From Reclinomonas americana ATCC 50394 (Eukaryota), in NCBI GenBank assembly GCA_048213135.1, contig PS015198.1, positions 68,932 through 128,991 of the forward strand: a DNA stretch of 60,060 nucleotides. The letters run 5' to 3'. Within the stretch, counting starts at the first letter, position 1. Each line of letters opens with the position of its first letter. The notes beneath the pieces were generated by a model that was not told where the DNA came from, did not search any database, and saw only the letters and a program-made list of their open reading frames with translations. Both the position numbers and the translations under genes were made by a program. Shown here piece after piece: positions 38,701 to 51,055 of this stretch.

Positions 38701-41700
38701 CTCATGGACTTGAGTCGTGGATCGTGCAAACACGTACACCATGGTGGCGATGCAGGCCGCTGTCAATATCAGCAGGACCCAGTAGGAACGCACGGTCGTG
38801 GGATTCTGCGGCAGGAGCATGTGAGCTGGAATCAAACAGCCGCCCACTACTTGAATCCACAGTTCGCACCTTTTCCACGACAATCGTACGTCGAAGTGAG
38901 GCCGACGCTGTGCTGTCGGCAGTGACACCCGTGTACGCCGAGCTGCCAGTGGAGCGTGCATGGCTGTGATTGTGTGCAACACGAGTTCAGGAAATGGAAA
39001 GTATTGGCACGACAGTAAAACACTGGCCATGCGCACCTGCTCGATCCCACCGAGCCGCGATCGGATTGACTGGCACTATCACTAGCAGGAGCATCGTTGA
39101 AGCCTGCCAAACCCTCACCCTCGTTCAGTTTCCGAGGCAAGGTTCTTCGAAAGCCAAAGGAAATCCCACACGCAACTCAGCAGTTTCTTGGCCGCCTTGG
39201 CACTCCTCAATGGCTTCTCGTCGCATTGTGCGTTTTTCTTCATCGACGAGGCCGTGCCTTTCTGTGGGTGCTGAGACGGCGGAGAATTTCTGACGCTGTC
39301 AGCGGCGATTCTGACCGCTGCAGGCAAGGGTAAGTGGCATACGACACGCTTCATATGCTGTTCTCTCGTCAACGAAACATTTCTGCTTATCGGGAGAGAT
39401 TACCGCCGCCGTGCTGACGGGCAACACAATTTCGCTTCCTGCGGGCGCCATTCAGTTGCGCTGACACGCAAACACACGCACGCGGCGACGCAAACATGAA
39501 CTCACCATCACCATCGTCAACAACGTCCTGCACAGTGGTGTCGAAGGGCGCGGTAAATGCTTGAATGCGATTGCCAGAGTCGGCAGTGGGCGCAGACGCG
39601 GACGACGATGAAGGAGCCCAGCGATCGCTCTGCTGCGCGCCAATAGCCGATGACAAGTAGTCGTCGTCGTCACTCGCGCCGTCCTTGCCAGCAAAGAGCA
39701 GTTGTCGCAGGTGCTGCGGGGACACGCGGCATGTCAGCCATAGTAGATATGTACAACATACATATTGGCTAGACGTATCAACCTCCATACTCTCCAGCAG
39801 GCCGAATTCGCGCTCCTTGACGGCATTCTGCATAGAGATGCCGTCTCCAGTCGACAACTGCTCCGCCACCATGTCCATGCGCTGACCAAGCAATTCGTCG
39901 TTCTTGATCTCGGTCACGTACTGCAATCACAACGGCGGATGAGTGGAAGTGCATAGAAGCGGATGTGTCTCGTTCCACATAGACCAACCTGCGCGTACCA
40001 CAGAACCAGTTCGACGCTATCGGGATTATCCATCAGCAGAGCCTTGAAGAGGCGATCGCACACTGCCTCCTGCTCTTGTACCGCCAGCAGAAGGTTGCGC
40101 ACCGTGTCATCTGCATCGTATCGAAGCCTTCAGTCAACACGATGGAAAACTCACACACTGACTCTCTGGCTTTATCACTTTCTCTCGATTTGCCTTCCTC
40201 GCCCACTCGCCCAACACTTTGACTCACTCACTCACTCACTCACTCACTCACTCACTCACTCACTCACTCTTCTTACACTCGCTCTCTCTTTCTGTCTCCC
40301 TTACTCACTCTCACTTCCTCCCTTCGTATCCATGCACTTGCTCGCTCCCTTTCAGTTTCCTCTCTCTCTCTCCCTCCCGCCCTCCCCCTCTGCATACACA
40401 AACCAATGCCCACTCGTTCAAGCCTGCGCCACAGTGAAATAAGCTGCACGTAGCAGCGGCACCACTCCTGGTGCACGGCAGCCAGTCGCTGGCGATACGA
40501 CAGCTCCTTGAAGTTGGCGGTGCGCTCAAACGCCGCCGTCAGCTCGACGACAATGCGACGCATGTCAAACGCCAGCGACACCTCGACTTCTTGCCGCGCA
40601 GCGAGCGTCGCCACAATACCGTGTGCCAGTTCGGCATTGCTGTCGAAACTCGCCATGTACACGGCGTGCTGCAGAGACACCAGATCGGCCGCCTGTCCGT
40701 CAAAGTGCATCCGACCTGCCAACACACAAAAGTGAGAGGGTGGACATGCAAAGATGCACACACACACGTGACCCACCAAGCTCAAACAAATCCATCGCCC
40801 GCTCCCACGCATTCATCACGCTCCGCGCCGGTAACCGAGCGCACTGCTCCACCGCCCACACGTGTGGAAACAGCGCACGCATTTCCTTGTCTACCCCGGT
40901 GTCGTCTGAGTTTGCGCTGCCGCCGCCTCTCTGCAAGTGCGATCGTGTGTGAGTCACCACAGTCGTCACGCGCACTTCAGCAGCGAACGCACCAAGTAGC
41001 GCGCCGTGGGACTCGCGATACTGGCCACCAAGCTGGCCATTGACCCCGATGTCGCCGACCGAGGAGACGTCACATGTCGATTCACAAACGCCTCCACCCC
41101 GCGCGTAACGGCCACTTGCCGCGCAAGCAGCGCCACCACTGCCACGAGCGCGCCAATGGCCACACTGCCGGCACCCACCACCGCTGCCAGCAACGGAGCA
41201 CTCCAATGCAAGCCGCCACCGACGGCCACGAGCACGCACTCCACGACACCACCCACGGCACTCGCCACTGCGGCGGTGCTCGCCACCACACCACCGGCGA
41301 ATGAAAAGAGCGGCAAGTACCGCAGCAAGCCCACCAGCAGCAGTCCTGCACCGGCAATGGCCACAATCGCGTGCGCCAGTGGCAGTGCGTGTGCCACAAA
41401 CGTGTGCGACAAGGCCAGGAGGATGCGCAGCGCGTTGAGGGCGGCCAGGTAGCGTCCACTGAGGAGTCCGGCACTCCACAGGCGGGAGGTGGGGCGGAAC
41501 TCGGTGGAGCTGGGGAGAAAGGTAAGGGGAGAGAGAGGGTGGAAGGGTGAAGGGAGAAGGGAGAGGGAGAAAGGGGGAGGAGGAGGAGGAGGGAAAGGGG
41601 ACGGAGAAGGGGGAGGAGGAGGAGAGTAGGAGATGAAGAAGAAGAAGAAGAAGAAGGACAAGGGCAAGAAGAACAGGAAGAAAGAGAAAGAAAATGAGGA

Positions 41701-42682
41701 GAAAGAGTGATTGCACAAGACTGACAGAGAGAGAGAGAGGAGGGAGAGGCAACAGTGCGTGCACATGCATGTGACGCAACAGCATCGGCATCAGTGTGGC
41801 CAACACAGTCAGCGCGAGGGTGAGAAGAACGCCGACAATGCCGAACAGCACATTCATCGAGTCATCACATCCTGCATGTGTGCGTGAGAGAGTGAGACAG
41901 AGAGTGAGTGCATGTGCGTGTCAAGTGCACACGCAACTCCACTCAGCAGAGGCACTCGTCACATCGGTGACGCTGAGGTGCGTCAGTGAGGAGAAATCGC
42001 AGTGGAGCGGACGCAGGAGAAGCAGGACGAGGGCCGACAGCAGTGGACCGCACACCACCGACAACTGTGCGGAGAGACAGTGAGAGAGAGACGCACACAC
42101 TGCGAGGTAGGGTGGCAAGAGAGCGCGCACCAGAACGCGAGTGAAGACGGCGAGAAGTGAGTCCTCGTGCAATCCGGCACCCGATGTCGAAGTCTTTTCA
42201 AGTTGTCGTTGCTGCTGCTTGTGCAGGCGATAGAGGAGCGCGAAGAGGACGAGTGTGCTGGCAAACGCGTACAGCCAGGCCACATGCAGTCGAGTGAGGG
42301 GAAGCTGTGTTTTTCAAGAGTTTTTGTGAGTGAAGAAACCGAAGGGGGGAAACGGAGTTGTTCGAACAAACCAGCGGAGGCAACAATGTGGCTGCTGTGA
42401 GCAGTATGTTGTTGCTGGTGGAGGAGGAGGAGGAGGAAAGAGCTGGAGGCGAGAAGACCGTGGCCACCAGGCTGATGTGCATGGCGACGAACATCACCGC
42501 GTCTTGTAACGGCCGCTACGCAATAGAACCGCGGGGTTAAAAAACAGACTGCAAAAACGGACGATGACAAGTGATCATGATGACATGCGTGTGTGTGTGG
42601 GCGGTGACTGCGCAACGCTGGAGAAGGGCGGACGCCGTTGGTAAAGGCCTTGCAGAGTGCGGCATGCCGTCTCCAGTGCCAT
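31630..42682 (-). CDS. Very large multi-pass membrane sensor: TmcB/TmcC-like N-terminus, three PAS domains and a degenerate class III nucleotide cyclase domain
   Basis: Hydrophobic exons at 41000-42500. Tmc-type segment CDRLFKALLMDNPDSVELVLWYAQ|YVTEIKNDELL (39880-40110). Further TM helices at ~38760, ~37570 and ~36680. PAS domains GTIEFINRRFTRCLGY, DGVMEQVNATAVRMFGY and NGEIQWCNTTVTRMTGY. In-frame splice RLCQ|LLSTIFP into the cyclase: VTCVFVKIAS, VKTIG|AAYLAVAG, DHAAAVTEFALE, DSVNMASRMESS, VEVKGIGFATTYVV, with stop at 31630-31632. Start ATG 42682 is inferred, and one cyclase exon probably lies in the gap 32271-32607. Confidence 0.8.
32130..32775. repeat. Compound microsatellite (CT)n-(CTA)n-(CCGTA)n spanning a gap
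   Basis: Visible ctct, tactactac and taccgtaccg arrays on both sides of the N-run 32271-32607, within the cyclase gene. Confidence 0.85.
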
Positions 42683-45045
42683 GCTTTCCTGTTCGCCAAA
42701 GGCACGCGCTTGTGTGAGATCGACATTCACGAAAGGAAAAAGGCGCCACTCGGTATGACCAATCACACCAATCACTGCCACTCGATGGTCGGTGACGGAG
42801 GGAAACTCGAGGAGAAGGGTGCTCGACTCGAGAGATTGAGGTCGTTGTCTTTGCTCACGCGCAAGATGAGAAAAAGAGTATGAACAATGCGTATGGAAAG
42901 TATTGGTCTTTTATGCATGCGCAAAACGATCAAACGCCGCGTGCATATAGATGTGCGCACGCGTAGGGAGGGGTTCGGCTGTGCCACTCTGCTGCATGCG
43001 CAAATATCGAGCGCTGTACGCTGCCGTGCACCTCATCGCAGCAGGTCTCTGCTGCACATCGCAGCACCGTTCGATATCGGCGCCTTTACTCCTTATCTGG
43101 AAGTCTGCGAATCTCGCAGTGTACGTGCTCGAGAGGGCAAGGGGTCGTCGCAGGTGACTCACACCAACACAATTGCACATGACGCTTTGTACGTGTCGCG
43201 GAGGGTCGTTGCTATTCGAAAAAAATGTTTGTTCGCTTTTGAAAACCGATCGTGATTGCGTAATAAATCTCGATATTCACCAGAGAGAGAGAGAGAGAGA
43301 ATGAGGCTTAATCACCATTTACTCGTGCGTAGAGCGCTCCTACATGTGGCGAGACGGAGTGATGCCTCCATTGCCAGGCTGCAGAATCGCGCGCTCTCCT
43401 CTCACACTTTCACGTATGCGTATGTCTCTCCACCCACACACACATCGCGATCACCTTTTCCTCTCCCAACCGACGCCGTCGAGCAGGCCTCCGACTCCTT
43501 GACACGCAGAGTGACCACAGCAAGGCTTGGCCGCTGAAGACTGCCGCCGAGCTTGAGGAGTGCCGTACGCGTAATTGCAATGGGTGCAGATTGCACACAG
43601 GAAGCGCGCGCTGCTCCTTCTCGCGATCGGCGATGCCGGCGCCGTACGCGTTGCCCACGTCATGGGTTCTTCTGCAGAGCGTCGTCAAAGGCACCACACT
43701 TCCGCAAGGCCTTCCAGCCCGCACTGAGACGCTTGGACTGAGAAGTGTGACATCTCAGCTGCAGGCAAACGCGAGAGGCGAAGGGAGACGCAACACCGCC
43801 GTCCGACCGAGACTGAGCAGCAGCCAGATGCACCGCCACACTGATACCCAACTTCAGAGAGTGCACCCATCACGTGCACGTGCGCATGCACAGAGCGGAC
43901 AGCTGTGCACGGCGCGACGAGGAGCGTTTGGGTCAGTGGTCACGTGCATCAGGAGCACGAGCAGGGGGGACAACAGGAGACAACAACACAGAGAACCGCT
44001 ATGGTGTGGCAACTGCTCACTGGCCACCAAACCAGCAGTCGGCAATTGCAACTTTGCTCGTCCTTCGTGAAGTCGTCAACACGAACACCAGCCACCTTCA
44101 CCGAGCAGTGGAGTCAAGATCAGCAGAGAGGCCGCGGCCGCTTGCTCCACCACCGAGAACAGGCCGAGAGCACCTCTTGATAGCGGAGTGTAGAGGAAGG
44201 TGCCGGAGTCGTTGTCAGTGTCGCGCGCAGGTATCGATGCGCATGCGCATGCTGTCGAGGATGCTGCTGTCGATATCGATTTTGGCGACAGTACAGAGGC
44301 CGCTCTCCACCTCGAGCTCCACAGCACGCTCGAGTGCGATCGCGAGGCCAAGGCAGAGACAGATGCTGTCGCGGTCGAGGTTGGCGGCGGCAGACAGGCC
44401 ACTCACTGCGCTCACTCTTGATCCGCTGCGGATCCGGATCCATCACAGACCACGCATGATCTTGAGCCAGATTCGCATGGAGCGTGTGAAGAAGGGATAC
44501 TGTCGCAGATGCACGAGCACAGCCTGCTTGCCAACTGTAGTCAACCTTGTCCACCAGCTCATGCGCAGCACCAGCTGAATTCGAAGTGCACGCAGCGTGT
44601 CGCCACCGAACAGTCGAGAATGCGCATGCTGTGGTGAGGGGCACGGTGAGCCGTTGTCTCTCTTCATCATCACACGCACGACCAAACAACGACTCCACTC
44701 GCACCTGCTTTGCTCCTCTTCTTCAACTTGCCGTTTTCCAAAACCACTCATCACCACGTCGACTCTCCCTTTACCTCTTATGATTATTTTGTTCGGGTCG
44801 CCACTCACTTTTTCGAGCGACTGTGCGGACGCGCAAGAGAGGGAGAGAGTCAACAAGCGTTGGTGCCCTCGAAAACTTCTCCCGTTGCGTTTTTGTGCGT
44901 TGTTGTTGGGTCACCGCAAAAGAGTTTCCCGGCCGTTGGTTTTTCGCGCGCAATATTTTTCACCGGGAGTGAGGAGAGAAGGAGAGTCAATTATCACTCG
45001 CAAGTGCGCGTTTCGAAAGAGTGTTGACACGTGTTGCTGGCCATC

Positions 45046-48000
45046 ATGGACGACGCAGCGATGGTACCGTCGGTGACCGACGAGCTGCAGATGGCACTGG
45101 GGAGTCTCACAGACAGAACAGCGATTGTCGAGATCGCGGTGAACTCGGCTGTTGCGTCGAGCACACTCACTCACACACACACTCACACTCACTTGCCCAC
45201 TCACACGTGTGCGTCGCAGTGGCTCTTCTTTTGCTCGGCGCTGGTTTGTTTGTCGACACTGATGCGAAACCGCTCAGCAGCTGCTCATTTTGCGCGCACA
45301 CTCTCACACAGGTGTTTATCATGCAAGCGGGCTTCTTGCTCGTCGAGGTGTGTGTGTGAGCACGTGTGTGCGTGCCTGTGTGTGTTGATGACGATCTGAC
45401 TCTCTCTCTCTTTGTCATGTGATTGCATTGATGTGACCGTTGAGTAGGCGGCCAGTGTCAAAGGCAGTGTGTTGTCCATTGTGCTGAAAAATGTGCGTCA
45501 CTTTGCTCTCTCTCTCTCTGTCTCTCACACACACACACCACGTGCATGTGTGCTCACTGTCAGCGATGCTCCTGTGTTCTCACAGACGACGGATTTCATG
45601 TCGGTTCGAGACTCTCCTTTTCACCGTAAGCGGCAGTTTCTTCGATGCTGATCCTCTTGCCCTTTTTTGTGCATCTTCTCCTCCTTCCTTTCCTATGTCC
45701 ATCTTTTTCGTCTTCATGATTGCAGGGCTCCCTCATGTGGTGGCTTCTGGGGGCCACGTTTGCCGGCAGTGAGGGACCTTCCACCTTTATTGGCTTCTCC
45801 ACCAAGGAGGTGCTGGCTTTCCCCGAGGAGAAGCAGTTTCCGTGGATGTTTGGCCTCATGTTTGCCACGACTTCTGGTGCGTGTCCCTCTTGCACGTTGC
45901 GTGTTCGTGGCATGCTTTTGCTCACTCTGCAAGCCTCGCGCAGGAACGATTGTGTCTGGCGCCATGGCTGAGCGCACCAAGTTCACCACCTACATGTTCT
46001 TCCACGCCATCATTTGTCTCGTGCTCTACCCAGTGGTGGTGCACTGGGAGTGGTCGGCGAACGGCATGTTCAGTGGCTACACAGTGGAGGAGAAGCGAGT
46101 GTTTGGGCCGTACTTCTTGCTTGACTTTGCTGGTGCGTTTTTACGAGACCGTGCTTCTCACTTCTGATGCTTCATGTGCTCACGCTTCTCGGTGGCGCAG
46201 GTGACGGTGCTGTGCACATGGTCGGTGGCACGTGCGCTTTCGTCGGAGCGTGGATGGTGGGTCCACGCGAAGGCGTCACCTTTAAGAAAAGCGTGCTGGA
46301 CGAGGACGACGTGCTGAGCAGTGCTGCCTCCTCGCTGTCGTCGGTGAGTTTGTCACACAAGACTGCACCGTGATAACCCGAGCTGTGCGCTGACTCGACC
46401 GCACAGGGAAGTCGCGCGACGGACGAAGACGAAGGACCGGTGACAGACACGTTGTTGGAGCTCATTCGAAACCAGTGGGTTCGTGTACATCATCTTGGCC
46501 GCTAGAAACTCTTGGTGCTTCTTGTTCTCACTCCATCTTTCTCCATGTGCGCAGGTCAAGGTGTGTGTGCCACACTGTAGTCCATCTGCGCACCCCCTAA
46601 TCACTGTTCTCACCCACCCGCCAACAGACCCAGATCATTCTCTCCGCACTCGGTGTGTTCTTGCTCTGGTTCGGGTGGCTCGGCTTCAATGTCGGCAGTA
46701 CTGGCTACATCATTGGCACCGAGATCTGGAAGGTGGCTGGTGAGTGGTCTTCATTGTGGCCGCGCAACACTCCTCGTTTGTGTGCCCACACTTCGCCGCG
46801 CAGGTCGTGCCGGCCTGAACACTGTGATTGCCGGCTCGTCGGCGACCATCACTGCCCTCGGCCTCGGCTATCTGCAAGTTGGGCGCATCAACCTCACCGC
46901 CGTCCTCAACGGATCGCTGGCCGGCCTTGTGGCCATTACTGCAGGTTGGTGGAGGCGCCTGTTTTTCATTCGAGCTTGTCACTGCATTATGTAACCGCTG
47001 GCTTGCCATTGAACAGGGTGCTCCATGATGGCTCCCTGGGCGGCGTTCGTCACCGGTATCATTGGTGCCGCGGCATACTTGGCCGGTGCTTGGCTCACCA
47101 ACATTCTAAAGATCGACGACCCGGTGCGTCTCCTCGACGACAAAGATCTCGTGATGCGTCACTGACACTCTCCCTGTCGTGCAGGTCGAAGCGTGCGGTG
47201 TGCATCTCTTTGGCGGCTTCACGGGTCTCATGTGCACTGCCTTCTTCTACGACGACGAATATGTCAATAAGAGTGAGTCTCGCGGTGCAAAGTCGTATTT
47301 CCAATCTTGTGAATTGCTCACTTCATGCAGTCTATGGAGCTGGTACGAGTGAGAAGATGGATCGTGGCAAGGCGATTGGGTGCCAACTGGCAATCGCACT
47401 GTGCATTTTCGCTTGGTGTGCCGTGAGCAGCTATGTTTTGTTGTTCCTTTGGCGCTACGTGTACTCGGACAAGTCGCTGCGAGACGCCCACAACGATGCC
47501 AACCTGTTCGGCGCCGATGTCGAAGACCTGTACGTCGCCACTCTGGCCTCGGCCCCGCGCGGCCGCGTCGTCATTGCCTTTACCGATGTGGAAGGTGTCT
47601 TGTGATTGCTCGAATGTTCTATAAATGCGGGCTGACTGTGTGCTTGTGTCCGTCCGCAGGTTCCACCGCCTTGTGGGAAGCCGATCCGGCGGTAATGAGC
47701 CGCAGCATCACCATCCACCACAAGATCATGCGTAACATTATTCGTGAGCACGGCGGCTACGAGGTGAAGACGGAGGGTAAGTATTCTTCAAGTGTGCATG
47801 TCAGCAAGTAACACCGATCCTGACCGCTCATGTCGCCGCACGCACGTAGGCGACGCTTTCATGATTGCCTTCAAGGAGCCACGGACAGCGCTGAACTGGG
47901 CGCTGGAGGCACAAATGGCTCTGTTGAAGGTGCGCTGCTCATGATGTTTACTTGCACTCACTTGCTTCCTTTGTGCTCACCAAACATCTCTTTGGCGGTG

Positions 48001-49662
48001 AATAGGCGCGCTGGCCGCGAGTGCTGTACACTTTCAAGCACGGCGATGTGAAGCAGGGAGCTGACGGGCCGATTTACTCTGGTCTGCGCGTGCGCATGGG
48101 TCTGCATTTTGGCCAGGTGCAAGACAAGGTGAGGACAGAGGGAGAGTGCGTGCGTGTTTGGCGACGTCGGCATCGTTGTCACTAAATGCTTTCTCCTCCC
48201 ATTTGATTCTCTTGGTGCAAACGTAGGTCGACGAGGTGAGTGGATTCACCTGCTCGCTAATGCGCTCGTCTCTATGATCCTAATTCCAGTGCGCCCACAC
48301 GCAGACCAACAACCGTCCCGACTACTACGGACCAATGGTGAATCGTGGCGCGCGTGTGGCTGGCACAGCCGCCGGCGGCATGATCCACGTGAGCGAAGAA
48401 TTGCTCAGTCAGATCCCTCGCAATGCTGACGGTACACTGGACCTGTGCCTCGGCACATGCACCAACTACATTGGACCGCTCATGCTGAAGGGCCTGGACG
48501 ACGCCATTCATGGTGAGGAGACAATTTGCTGGTCAAGGAAACTGTCGTCGGTGTGTCTCACCTTTATCGCATACGCGCAGTGTATCAAATCTTGCCCTAC
48601 GCGCTCCGCGAGCGCGGCACGGGCGGATGGAACAACATCTCCTCGGTGCCGGAGGATCTGAGCCAGTTTGTGCCCGACACCAACCTCATCAGCGACGAGG
48701 CCAAGATGGCCGAGGAGGATCCACCGACACAAGACGATGCCACTCCCGACGTCAACGCTGCTGCAGAATTCAGTCCGTCGGAGTCAGGAAAGTCGGCAAA
48801 GAGCGGCGCGCTCATTGTCGCCGCGGCTCGGTCCAACCGAAGTGGACGCCCGGGATCGGCGTCCGCGCAGAGTCGACGCAGTCGACCTGGCGAGGTGTGT
48901 GTCGATGAATAGAGAAGAGAGGAATTGTCTTGCCTGGTGGTTCGCTGACTGTTCGCACAGTCCCCACGAGACCCAGAAATGGGTGCTGGCGGAAGCCACG
49001 CTGGTGGCCTCATGAGTCCGGCTAGCGCCGGCTCACAGCGAAGCCTTCGATCACGGCGTCCAAGTGGCGACGTGGTGAAGTTTGAGGAGGACTCTGCAAT
49101 CGCTCGCATGGCGCGCGACACGACCGAGTTGGAGGACCTCACCAAGAGCGCGCGCAACAGCGGCCGTCGATTCTCCCACTTCGAGGTGGTGTGCATACCG
49201 GGCACCAATGGTGGCAAGCCCCAGTTTTACATGCAGCCAAAGGAGCAACGTCGACGCGGCGACGAGTACGTGATCAGCGAGAATGCACCGATGCATGTAA
49301 TGCGCAGCGCCACCGGCTCGGTGGCGGAATTCGCTCGGCTGCCACACCAGCCAGATGCGCACAGGCAGCACGAGGACACCAGCAGCAGCGTCGGCGAACG
49401 ACGAGTGGGTGTGATGCCTCGCGGCGGCGGTGGCGGCCACGTCGACGACGAGCACGTCGACTCAGAGATTGAGGAGGTGGTCGGCGCGCGCCACTCCATC
49501 CCCGACATTGGCACCTACCACCGGCAGCAGTCGGGATACGGGGATGTGGACGGCGGAGTCGCGCCGATGCCATCCTCCGGATCGAATCACAGTGCTGGCG
49601 GCACGAGCCGCCGGCGAAGTGTTGGGTTTGCGCAGTCGCCGCGTTCCGACGAGCACGCGTGA
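45046..49662 (+). CDS. Ammonium transporter (Amt/Mep family) fused to a C-terminal class III adenylyl cyclase
   Basis: Amt motifs: WLFFCSAL|VFIMQAGFLLVE, LKN|TTD, FGLMFATTSG|TIVSGAMAER, YPVVVHWEW, DFAG|DGAVHMVGG, GPREG, LWFGWLGFNVGS, NGSLAGLVAITAG, KIDDP|VEACGVH. One exon (~47330-47594) holds both the last TM helix and the cyclase start RVVIAFTDVE. Then G|STALWE, YEVKTEG|DAFMIAF, GLRVRMGLHFG, RPDYYGPMVNRGARV, GGMIHVSE, LKGL, a Ser/Arg-rich tail and stop TGA ending 49662. Confidence 0.93.
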
Positions 49663-50498
49663 GCTGAGAGGGAGAGAGAGAGAGAGGGAGATAGGAGAAA
49701 AATGAGTTCAAATCAAAAGCAACGTAATATGCTGCAGAAGGGGGAGGGCAGGCGAAGCTACAATGCAGGCTCAGCTTGTTCGAAGCTCCAAGAACAAACA
49801 AAATCACTTGCCAGATATCGATTCGGATAAGGATGATATCGAATGCCGCGCGCAATATCGACGAATTCGATACGCGCGCGCAGTGAGTGTGGTATCATTG
49901 TGTGGCACGATCCGGGGTCACCAAGTGCACAAGGCTGGCATCATCCAGCGCCACAGCAATCCACTGTTCAACCACGCAGTTCTCGACTTGTCCGGAGCTA
50001 CAGCTCGGGCTCCGAGAGCGCACACACACTAGGAACCTGTTGCTGCCAAGATTGGTGTTTGTGTTGATGTTTTGGATACGGTTGAATAACTTGGTCGACG
50101 TCATCAAGACAGCTGTTGCTTGTTTGTTGCAATTGGTGCACGCTGCGTGAATGAATTGTTGTTCATGCTTTTACAATCGGATCCGTTTATGCCTTCTGGC
50201 ACCGGCACCTCTTCGATAAATTTGCAGCAGCTAAGTGTCTAATCCACGCTCGAGTCATGGGTTCTCTTGCAGATCCAGAATTCGAAACTTCGAATTCATG
50301 CATGACTACCACCTCTCGACGTTCTCTGAATCTCGAGATCGTGCTGCTTCTGTTATATTGCATCTGTCGCTGGTGCTCACTGACGATGGCAATCATCATG
50401 CAGCCGGTGTTGCTTGAGCGTTTCCCCACAAACCCGCCCTTCTCTTCTCTTCCCGCCATTTCCATTGTCCCGGTGTTTGCCATTCACACTCTTCACAA

Positions 50499-50690
50499 AT
50501 GTCTGACGCCGATCACTCTGCTGCCGCCGCCGCTGCTGGCGATGCTCAAGCTGCTGCTGCTGATGCCAAGAAGGGAGGCAAGAAGGCCGGCAAGAAGGCC
50601 GCTGCTGCCAAGCCCGCGGCTGCTGCGGCGGCTGCGGAGCCCGCGCGCCGCTCCACTCGTGAGCGCAAGGCCACCACGTACCTTATCAAG
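50499..50690 (+). CDS. First exon of an Ala/Lys-rich, probably nuclear protein
   Basis: MSDADHSAAAAAAGDAQAAAADAKKGGKKAGKKAAAAKPAAAAAAAEPARRSTRERKATTYLIK followed by donor GTGTGT. It has strong GC3 codon bias and continues into a gap. Confidence 0.6.
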
Positions 50691-50970
50691 GTGTGTGAGA
50701 GGGAGAGAGAGGGAGGGGAGATGGGGAGGAGAATGCGTGTGTGTGCATTGTATGTGTGATGAGATTGATTGGGTGAATGCAGTGTGTGCGTGTGTTTGTG
50801 TGAGGGAGAGAGAAAGACACAAAGAGTCACACACACACGCACACACACGCACAGAGAGAGAGAGAGAGAGAGAGGCGTAGACGTGTGTGCATGCGTGCAT
50901 GCAGGTGTGCACGGAGAGACAGTGCACGAAAGAGAACGCAACACTTTGTGCATTCTCGCGCGCATAATGA

Positions 50971-51055
<85 letters not shown>

